From contig JBBABY010000001.1 of NCBI GenBank assembly GCA_041657425.1, positions 120,001 to 152,000 on the forward strand: a DNA stretch of 32,000 bases. The letters are read 5' to 3'. This stretch comes from an archaeon. Its GTDB lineage: Archaea; Iainarchaeota; Iainarchaeia; Iainarchaeales; CSSED10-239. Of this stretch, positions 25,089 through 32,000 are shown one piece after another. The notes under the pieces are model-generated. The model saw nothing but the letters and a program-made list of their open reading frames with translations. It was not told where the DNA came from and made no database searches. Each line of letters opens with the position of its first letter. The first letter of the stretch is position 1. The translations under genes and the position numbers were made by a program.

Positions 25089-26133
25089 TATAATTGTTTT
25101 GATTATATTTATAAATTATTTTTTTAATTTTAAGATTATTATATTTATAATTTTCTAATAACTTTTTTTCGTCAGTGTTTATAAACATTTCAAATGGCCC
25201 CTTTTGCGTTAAATCAAAGATATAGTGTTGATTCTTATATTTAGTTTTAACAAATGCGTGAGTTTTATCATCTTCAAGTAAAACCACAAACACCATGGTT
25301 TCTTGGTCTCCTAGCCCTTGCATAGCAGAACATAACAAGGAAGACGCGTCTTGTTCATCAGCAATTTTAGTTTTAAATATAAGTGTTGCGTCCATCCAAT
25401 AAAGTACTTTTATATCAGTTTTTATAACTTCAATTTCTGATTTAAAAAACATATATATTTTTCTTAATGCTTCAATATAATCTTTAGAATATTCATAGCC
25501 AATTGGTTTATACTTAGAGACAATACTTTTAATTGTTAAATCATTAGGATTTACCATTGCTTTTATTTGAGAGATGGTCTTTTTTTCTTGTTCGTTAATA
25601 TTATCTTTATATTTATCAAGTATTTGTTCGTAGTATTTATTTTGCAAATTATCTTGAATAGAGGTAGAGATATTTCTGGTTCCAGACAAGTTTTTTACAA
25701 AGTCTTCAAGTTCTTTTACTCTAGTTTTAAGATTATCTCTCTCTAACTTAGTTTCATTAAGTTCTCCTTTAAGTTTAATATTTTGAAATCTTAAATCTCC
25801 ACCTGTGTCTTGGTTTTTTTGTAAGTTGGTAAGTTTTGATACTTCTGTATTTATTTCATTATCAATTTTTTCAAGTTCATTATTAATATACTTTAAAGTA
25901 TTTGCATAAGAGTCATCGCTAATGCTTTTTGCACTATACTTAAATGATGCTTCTTCTTTCTTCTTTAATAGTTCTCTCTTTTTATCATTAAGATTTTCAA
26001 TCTTTTGCCAAGCATTCTGTTCTTGGCTAACTGGAACATTTATTCTTTTTCTAAGGTTAATATATGTAATTATAGTTCCAAATACCATTAGTATAACTGC
26101 AATTATAATAACCTGTATAAAGTTTATATTCAT
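25075..26133 (-). CDS. Membrane-anchored coiled-coil protein with C-terminal transglutaminase-like (Cys-His-Asp) domain
   Basis: N-terminal TM helix (FIQVIIIAVILMVFGTIITYI) and a central coiled coil. The C-terminal SSLLCSAMQGLG...THAFVKTKYKNQHYIFDLT matches the C...H...D spacing of the transglutaminase-like core. It overlaps the downstream NFACT gene by 14 nt. Confidence 0.5.
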   Translation of the reverse strand: MNINFIQVIIIAVILMVFGTIITYINLRKRINVPVSQEQNAWQKIENLNDKKRELLKKKEEASFKYSAKSISDDSYANTLKYINNELEKIDNEINTEVSKLTNLQKNQDTGGDLRFQNIKLKGELNETKLERDNLKTRVKELEDFVKNLSGTRNISTSIQDNLQNKYYEQILDKYKDNINEQEKKTISQIKAMVNPNDLTIKSIVSKYKPIGYEYSKDYIEALRKIYMFFKSEIEVIKTDIKVLYWMDATLIFKTKIADEQDASSLLCSAMQGLGDQETMVFVVLLEDDKTHAFVKTKYKNQHYIFDLTQKGPFEMFINTDEKKLLENYKYNNLKIKKIIYKYNQNNYIDTE

Positions 26134-26355
26134 TTTGTATCTTTCTTTAATTATTGTTATTATTAATATATAGCTATAATTTATTTATATATATTGTGAT
26201 TTTTAACTTTTTAACTGCACTTTAATTAGATTACATAAATAATCCATTTATAAAGATTTACTTTCTATATATTATATAGCTAAAATATTTAAATTAAGCT
26301 AAATATATTAGCAATTTACAAATTTGTTTATTATAAAAATATGGAGGAATAATGT

Positions 26356-27615
26356 ATGGCATCAACAAAACCAAAGATTAATGTTATCTTTATTGGACAC
26401 ATTGATCACGGTAAGTCAACCACAGTTGGTCGTGTAATGTACGACACAAAAAATTTAAGTGACCAGGATTATAGAAAGTTACAAGCAATCGCTGAAGAAA
26501 AGGGAAAAGGAACATTTGCTTTCGCATACCTTATGGATGTAACTAAAGAAGAAAGAGACAGAGGAATTACAATTGATGTAAACTATAAGAAGTTAGATAC
26601 TGAAAAATATAGTTTCACAGTAATTGATGCTCCAGGCCACCAAGATTATGTTAAGAACATGATTACAGGTACTGCTCAATCAGATGCTGCAGTTTTAGTA
26701 ATTGCTGCAAAAGATGGAATAATGTCTCAAACTAAGGAACACGCTTTCCTTGCTCAAGTTATGGGTATTAAACAAATAATTATCGCAGTTAACAAGATGG
26801 ATGAAGTAAATTACACAGAAGAAGGATTTAATAAAGTAAAGACAGATATTCAAGCTTTATTAAAGGGAAAATTTAAGGATGATCAAATCCAAATAGTTCC
26901 TATTTCTGCATGGAATGGAGAAAATATAATTAAAGCATCAGATAAAATGCCTTGGTATAAAGGCGTTAATTTAGTTGCAGCAATGAATAATTTTACAGCT
27001 CCAGAAGTATTAACAGGAAAGCCATTAAGATTACCAATTCAAGACGTTTATTCAATTAAAGGAGTCGGTATGGTTCCAGTTGGTAGAGTTGAAACAGGTA
27101 TCCTTAGACCAAATGATAAAGTAATCATTATGCCTGAAGGAATTGCTACACAAATAAAAACAGTTGAAGCACACCACGAACAATTACCAGAAGCAGGCCC
27201 AGGAGACAACATTGGTTTCAATATTAGAAATGTTGAAAAAGGAGCAATTAAAAGAGGTTCAGTTGTAGGTCCAGAGAACGATCCACCAACGGTTGCTGAA
27301 TCATTCTTAGCTCAAATAATTGTGTTAAACCACCCAACAGCAATTACTGCTGGTTACACTCCGGTTTTCCACATACACACAGCACAAATGTCCTGTTCAA
27401 TAACAGAACTTGTAAGAAAAGTTGCACCAACAGTTGAAGAGAATCCAAAGTTCTTAAAGACTGGAGATGCAGCAATAGTAAGAATTAAACCAACACAACC
27501 ACTTGTTTGTGAAACATTCAAGGACTTCCCACAATTAGGTAGATTCGCTATCAGAGATATGGGTAAGACAGTTGCAGCTGGAGTAATAACAGAAATAAAA
27601 AAGAGAGTTAAGTAA
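26356..27615 (+). CDS. tuf: Translation elongation factor aEF-1alpha
   Basis: GHIDHGKSTTVGR (G1), DAPGHQDY (G3), NKMD (G4), then domain II/III motifs. GGAGG SD at 26343..26347. Confidence 0.95.
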   Translation: MASTKPKINVIFIGHIDHGKSTTVGRVMYDTKNLSDQDYRKLQAIAEEKGKGTFAFAYLMDVTKEERDRGITIDVNYKKLDTEKYSFTVIDAPGHQDYVKNMITGTAQSDAAVLVIAAKDGIMSQTKEHAFLAQVMGIKQIIIAVNKMDEVNYTEEGFNKVKTDIQALLKGKFKDDQIQIVPISAWNGENIIKASDKMPWYKGVNLVAAMNNFTAPEVLTGKPLRLPIQDVYSIKGVGMVPVGRVETGILRPNDKVIIMPEGIATQIKTVEAHHEQLPEAGPGDNIGFNIRNVEKGAIKRGSVVGPENDPPTVAESFLAQIIVLNHPTAITAGYTPVFHIHTAQMSCSITELVRKVAPTVEENPKFLKTGDAAIVRIKPTQPLVCETFKDFPQLGRFAIRDMGKTVAAGVITEIKKRVK

Positions 27616-27618
27616 CTC

Positions 27619-27626
27619 TTTTTTTT
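27619..27626 (+). terminator. T8 run between tuf and rps10 (possible partial terminator/attenuation point)
   Basis: taactcTTTTTTTTaatt lies immediately after the tuf stop, and rps10 starts 25 nt later. Confidence 0.25.
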
Positions 27627-27650
27627 AATTAAATTTTAAAAGGAAAAATT

Positions 27651-27959
27651 ATGCAAACAGCAAGAGTAATAGTTACAGGAACAGATTACAAAAAGGTTAC
27701 AGATTTTTGCAATGAAATATTAGATGTTGCTTCAAAAAGTGGAGTAAAGCACACAGGAATAATCCCTTTAAAGACAAAGAGATTAGTTGTTCCATTAAGA
27801 AGAGGAGTTTCAGCTGGTGGAACAGAAACCTATGAGAAATATCAATTAAGAATTCATAAAAGAATAATTGATATTAAGGCAGACGATAAAATCTTAAGAA
27901 GAATAATGAGAGTCGATGTGCCTACTGATCTTCAAATTGGTATTGAGTTAAAGAATTAA
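27651..27959 (+). CDS. rps10: Ribosomal protein uS10
   Basis: ARVIVTGTDYKKV...GIIPLKTKRLVVPLRR...YEKYQLRIHKRIIDI matches the uS10 signature. The tuf-rps10 adjacency is the conserved archaeal arrangement. Confidence 0.9.
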   Translation: MQTARVIVTGTDYKKVTDFCNEILDVASKSGVKHTGIIPLKTKRLVVPLRRGVSAGGTETYEKYQLRIHKRIIDIKADDKILRRIMRVDVPTDLQIGIELKN

Positions 27960-27972
27960 ATTTCTCAATTTC

Positions 27973-28003
27973 CTCTTTGTTAAAAAGAGCAGCAACAGTT
28001 TTT
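27973..28003 (+). terminator. Hairpin CTCTTT-GTTAA-AAAGAG followed by a T5 run
   Basis: A 6-bp stem at 27973..27989 lies 14 nt after the rps10 stop, and a T-run begins at 27999. Confidence 0.3.
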
Positions 28004-28059
28004 CAATTGCAAGTATATTAATCTTTTTTGTTTATAAAATTTTAACAAAGCAAAACTAA

Positions 28060-29430
28060 ATGTTAAAAAATACTAAAAAAAATATTTTTGTTGATGAGAA
28101 CAGCAAAATAAAAATTATTTCTAATAAAACTCTATTTTCTAAACTGGATAAGTCTGCAATCGCTCAGCTTTATTCTATATCTAAACTTCCAAGCGTTTCT
28201 AATTATATTTGTGGTTTCCCTGATCTTCATATTGGTCACGGTGTTCCTGTTGGTTCTGCTTTTGCAAGTGATTTAGAAAATAATCCTATCATCAGTCCAA
28301 AGGCCGTTGGTGTTGACATTAATTGTGGAATACGTTTAGTAAGAACAAATCTTTTTTCTAAAGACATAACTGATAAGCAGTATAAAGAAATTATTAAAGC
28401 TTTTGAAAAGCTTCCAATCGGTCTTTCAAAAGATGGAGTAAAGATAACAAAACAAGATTTACTTGATATTTGTTATGAAGGAATAGAATGGGCCGTAAAG
28501 CACAGTTACGCAGATAAGTTTGATAAGTTATATACAGATCATTCCGGTTGTTTTGAAGATGCTAGCCCAATACATTTTTCAAAATCTATGATTGAAACAG
28601 GATTACAACAATTAGGAACACTTGGTCAAGGCAATCATTTTATTGATTTAGTTGTTGTTGATGAGTTGTTTGATAAAGCTTTTTGTAAAGAACATAAAAT
28701 TCAAAAAGATGAATTAATGATAATGCTTCACACAGGCTCTCGTGGTCTTGGCTTTCAAGTAGCAAGTGATTATACAAATAAAGCAACTAATAAAGAACCA
28801 TTTGAATATTTTGATTTTAATTCAAAGCTTGGTCAAGAATATTATGCAAGCATGTGTGCGGCAGCAAATTTTGCATATTGTAATCGCGCAGTTTTAACAA
28901 ATACAGTAGTTCAAGCACTAGAAAAAACATTAAATCTTGGACAAAGCGAAATCCACCCGAAACTTCTTTACGATTTATCGCACAACATCGCAACAATCGA
29001 AGTGCATAATAAAAATAAATATTTAGTTACAAGAAAAGGTGCAGTTCGTTGCAACTTACCTGAAGAACAAAATGCTCGTTCAAGATTTTTTGAAACTGGA
29101 ACTCCAATTATTCTTCCTGGTTCAATGCTTGACACAAGTCACGTTCTTTTACCAAAGCCAAAAATAAAGAAAGAAACATTTTCAACAATTGCTCATGGCT
29201 GCGGAAGAAAAATGTCAAGAACTGATGCAAAGTCAAAAATTACAGCAATACAACTAAAGCAAGATCTTCTAAAGAAAGGAATCTATCTTTCAGGTCATTC
29301 AGAAAATGTATTAAGAGAAGAAAATCCTGCAGCTTACAAATCATCAGCAGAAGTTATTGATTCAATAGTTGGCGCTGGCCTTGCAAAAAAAGCATTTAGT
29401 TTAAAACCAAAAGTAGTAATCACAGGCTAA
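28060..29430 (+). CDS. rtcB: RNA-splicing ligase RtcB (3'-phosphate/5'-hydroxyl tRNA ligase)
   Basis: GFPDLHIGHGVPVGSAFA, GVDINCGIRL, GQGNHFIDL, HTGSRGLG and LSHNIA are the metal/GMP-binding motifs of RtcB. No intein (456 aa). Confidence 0.9.
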   Translation: MLKNTKKNIFVDENSKIKIISNKTLFSKLDKSAIAQLYSISKLPSVSNYICGFPDLHIGHGVPVGSAFASDLENNPIISPKAVGVDINCGIRLVRTNLFSKDITDKQYKEIIKAFEKLPIGLSKDGVKITKQDLLDICYEGIEWAVKHSYADKFDKLYTDHSGCFEDASPIHFSKSMIETGLQQLGTLGQGNHFIDLVVVDELFDKAFCKEHKIQKDELMIMLHTGSRGLGFQVASDYTNKATNKEPFEYFDFNSKLGQEYYASMCAAANFAYCNRAVLTNTVVQALEKTLNLGQSEIHPKLLYDLSHNIATIEVHNKNKYLVTRKGAVRCNLPEEQNARSRFFETGTPIILPGSMLDTSHVLLPKPKIKKETFSTIAHGCGRKMSRTDAKSKITAIQLKQDLLKKGIYLSGHSENVLREENPAAYKSSAEVIDSIVGAGLAKKAFSLKPKVVITG

Positions 29431-29450
29431 AAATAAAAGGAGAAATAAAC

Positions 29451-30464
29451 ATGCATGACATAAAACTATTATCTTGTAAATCAGGAGAGCATTTTGCAAA
29501 GAGTATTTTGATTAATCTTAATGAACTATTAGCAAAAGAAAACAATCACACAATTTCTTTAACTCCAGTTCAAGAAACAAGGTTTGCAAATACTGAGATT
29601 AAATCAAATATTTTAGAATCAATAAGAGGCACAAATGTTTTTATTGTTCAAGATGTTTCTAATAATTCAAATGGAATGTCTGTTGATGATAATTTAAGAG
29701 CGCTAATTACTTTAATTGATGCAGCAAGAGTTGCAAGTGCAAGAAGAGTGTCAGTTATTCTTCCAGTTTTTCCATATGCTCGTCAAGATAAGATCTGGGG
29801 AAGAGAATGTTTAACTGCAAGAATCATTGCAAGAGAATTAGAAATGGCCGGAGCAGAGCAAGTAATTACTCTTGATATTCACAATCCTGCAATTACTGGT
29901 TTTTTTGAAAAGGCAATTTTAGAAAACCTTTATGCTAAAAGAGCAATAAGAAGATATATCGTTGATAATATTTCAACTGAAAGTCTAGTAATTTCTTCTC
30001 CAGATGTTGGAGGAATGAAAAGAGCAACTGAACTTGCAAGTAAACTTGGAGTTGGAGTTGTTTCAATTTATAAAGAACGCGATTATTCTAAAGCAAACCA
30101 AGTTGATAAAATGGAATTGATTGGTAATGTTAAAGGGAAGAATGTAATTTTAGTTGATGATATGCTTGATACTGGTGGAACACTAGTTAGTGCAGTAAAT
30201 ACTTTAAAAGAAAAAGGAGCAAATAAAGTTTATTTTGCTTGTTCTTTAGGGTTATTAAACGGCTCAGCAGTTTCAAGAATAGATGAACTTTACAAAAATA
30301 AAATGATAGAGAAAGTAATTGTAACAGATGCAGTGTATAGAGAAGAAGATTTTACAACGGCCCACCCTTGGCTTGTAATTGTTGAAATCAGTCCTTACTT
30401 TGCAAAAGCAATTTACAATATACAATTCAAGCAATCAATAAATCAGATGTTTGATAAAGACTAA
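29451..30464 (+). CDS. prs: Ribose-phosphate pyrophosphokinase (PRPP synthetase)
   Basis: FPYARQDK, SPDVGGMKRA and the PRPP-binding loop VDDMLDTGGTL. GGAG SD lies upstream. Confidence 0.85.
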   Translation: MHDIKLLSCKSGEHFAKSILINLNELLAKENNHTISLTPVQETRFANTEIKSNILESIRGTNVFIVQDVSNNSNGMSVDDNLRALITLIDAARVASARRVSVILPVFPYARQDKIWGRECLTARIIARELEMAGAEQVITLDIHNPAITGFFEKAILENLYAKRAIRRYIVDNISTESLVISSPDVGGMKRATELASKLGVGVVSIYKERDYSKANQVDKMELIGNVKGKNVILVDDMLDTGGTLVSAVNTLKEKGANKVYFACSLGLLNGSAVSRIDELYKNKMIEKVIVTDAVYREEDFTTAHPWLVIVEISPYFAKAIYNIQFKQSINQMFDKD

Positions 30465-30500
30465 ATTATTATAATCTTCCTCAAACAGTTTTCAATTTCG

Positions 30501-31874
30501 TTATCTTGGTGGATTATTTATTAGATAAGGATATCCTTCATTCTTTATGGAATCAATATTCCAAATACTTCCAAAATCCCAATCTGTAAATGTACTTTGG
30601 GTTTTCATTTCTGTTGTTGTTTTACCATCTATTTCTGAAATATTTTGAGCATTATAACCTTTATCTATTTCTGAAGTATTAATGTCCCAAAAATTATTTT
30701 CTAAATAAAAAATAGAATCTTCTTGTGCAGAGCCAATTAATCCTCCAAAAACATCATACTCTTGCCAGACTATGCCTATAGAATAATTATTAACAATATT
30801 TGTGTCGCCAGCATCATCCACGAGCATGCCAATTAATCCGCCATCAGTATTCAAGCTTCTAACAGAAGCAAAAGAATAATTATTTTGTATATTGCCTCCA
30901 CCAGCCCCAATTAATCCACCTACAATAGAATCTTCCGCATAAACAACACCTTCAGAATAATTATAATTAATGTTTTTACCATAATTTGTTCCAATTAATC
31001 CACCAACGTAGGAATATCCTGAAACAAAACCTGTAGAATTACTATTCGTAATAATTTCTGCAGCATTGTAGCCAACTAGTCCTCCAACACGAGAATGTCC
31101 TGAAATATTTACATCTTCTAAACCTACGTTTTTTATTCCTGAACCAGAAGATGCATATCCAAATAATCCTATATTGTCTGTTGTTGGTCTATTAATATAT
31201 AAATTACTAATTTTTCTTTTATTTCCATTAAAAATTCCAGTAAATCCCACAGAATCATTCCCAATTGGCACCCATCCATTTACATCAAGTCTAGAGAAAC
31301 ATTGTAAATCAATATCTTTTCCAAGAGTATAGTTCCAATCAAGATTATCTCTTACTGCGTTTAAATCTTCTGCTGAGCAAATAATTTTAGGGTTATCTTC
31401 TGAACCATCTCCTGTAGAGGTACAAACCATTTCTGGATCTCTTTGCTTAATGTCTATGTAAGTATTATCTTCAGTGATTAACTGAATTGTCATCTCTGGA
31501 CTTTCTAAACTGTATTCATAAAGACAATCAAGCGAAAGAATGTTTGTACTATTATTTGTTAGAGTAAATGGTGTTGATAATGTTATTGATTCCATATCTG
31601 GAATTTCAAGAACTTTATAACTTGCTATTACTACTGGTTCTTGAATATTAGATGGGGGCTGATAATTTACTTGAAGAACTCCATCACCGAAAGATTTAGG
31701 ATATACAAATACTCCTGCATCTGAAACTGATAATTCCTTTATACTATTTGTCTTGTCTAAGGAAGTGTTTGTAAATCCTTTTCCAAAAGCAAGAATAATA
31801 GTTACAAGTATAACTGCAACTACAACTAAAAGTATTGTTGCAATGATTGGAGTAATTGCTTTATTATTTTGCAT
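30501..31874 (-). CDS. Archaeal type IV pilin-like (class III signal peptide) surface protein with GLUG-motif repeats
   Basis: N-terminus MQNNKA|ITPIIATILLVVVAVILV fits the archaeal Pilin_N/DUF1628 pattern (K-A then I-T-P-I-I-A). The C-half has repeated GGLxG units: VGGLVGYN, VGGLIGTN, VGGLIGAGG, DGGLIGML, FGGLIGSA. Confidence 0.7.
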   Translation of the reverse strand: MQNNKAITPIIATILLVVVAVILVTIILAFGKGFTNTSLDKTNSIKELSVSDAGVFVYPKSFGDGVLQVNYQPPSNIQEPVVIASYKVLEIPDMESITLSTPFTLTNNSTNILSLDCLYEYSLESPEMTIQLITEDNTYIDIKQRDPEMVCTSTGDGSEDNPKIICSAEDLNAVRDNLDWNYTLGKDIDLQCFSRLDVNGWVPIGNDSVGFTGIFNGNKRKISNLYINRPTTDNIGLFGYASSGSGIKNVGLEDVNISGHSRVGGLVGYNAAEIITNSNSTGFVSGYSYVGGLIGTNYGKNINYNYSEGVVYAEDSIVGGLIGAGGGNIQNNYSFASVRSLNTDGGLIGMLVDDAGDTNIVNNYSIGIVWQEYDVFGGLIGSAQEDSIFYLENNFWDINTSEIDKGYNAQNISEIDGKTTTEMKTQSTFTDWDFGSIWNIDSIKNEGYPYLINNPPR

Positions 31875-31991
31875 ATATTTATTATAGAAATATCTCTTTT
31901 TAATTCTTTTCTATCTTTTTATATTTAGTTCTAATTAATTTTGTTGTTAACTTCAAGCAATAACAACAAACAAAAAACGGAGGCATTATTT

Positions 31992-32000
31992 ATGAAAGCA
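31992..32000 (+). CDS. Probable start of a plus-strand gene continuing beyond the window
   Basis: ATGAAAGCA at the window edge with GGAGG at 31979..31983, 8 nt upstream. Only 3 codons are visible. Confidence 0.3.

Noticed and set aside
25922-26173. 83-aa plus-strand ORF
   Set aside because: Antisense to the 5' part of the 25075..26133 gene, with hydrophobic low-complexity sequence.
27977-28050. 10-nt inverted repeat TTTGTTAAAA / TTTTAACAAA between rps10 and rtcB
   Set aside because: It is almost pure A/T and about 55 nt apart. At this base composition such matches are expected by chance, so only the short proximal hairpin plus T-run is listed, as a weak terminator.
8182-30464. Additional inteins in MutS, EF-1alpha, RtcB, Elp3 or Prs
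   Set aside because: All have lengths typical of intein-free homologs and contiguous conserved motifs.
1-32000. CRISPR arrays, cas genes, rRNA genes, transposases/IS elements
   Set aside because: I saw no regularly spaced direct repeats of 24-40 nt, no rRNA-like GC-rich blocks and no transposase-like ORFs. The only repeat array (6008..6203) has irregular spacing and mixed orientation, unlike CRISPR.

Overview
Low-GC, very compact archaeal chromosome segment. Archaeal markers: aEF-1alpha-uS10, TFE, aTrm56, Elp3, Taw3, RtcB, a XerA-like recombinase, an initiator tRNA with A1:U72, and a class III (pilin-type) signal peptide. Many genes have GGAGG/GGTGA Shine-Dalgarno-like motifs, and the overall style resembles DPANN-type genomes (inference only). 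Most of the window is housekeeping: nrdD, tRNA genes and tRNA-modification enzymes, bacterial-type mutS-mutL, tuf-rps10, rtcB and prs. The ORF track misses three things. (1) Positions 1..2836 are an edge-truncated class III ribonucleotide reductase gene on the minus strand carrying an in-frame 321-codon LAGLIDADG-type intein. (2) There are four tRNA genes; one track ORF is only a shadow of them, and the MutS start in the track overlaps tRNA-Phe. (3) Several non-coding elements sit between nrdD and tRNA-iMet: a GC-enriched inverted-repeat element, a 17-nt perfect palindrome beside xerA, a pair of homologous intergenic elements, a GTAATTAC double-site array, and a 19-nt exact match to a distant surface-protein gene. 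The region 3107..6463 (recombinase, ORFans, repeat array, tRNA 3' end) is the most accessory-looking part. Other candidates needing follow-up are a secreted/anchored giant-protein cluster, an Elp3-wHTH-small Rossmann-like operon, an NFACT-N-only protein coupled to a membrane transglutaminase-like protein, and a pilin-signal GLUG-repeat protein. No CRISPR array, rRNA or transposase was seen. All calls rest on hand translation and motif recognition; no database search was possible.
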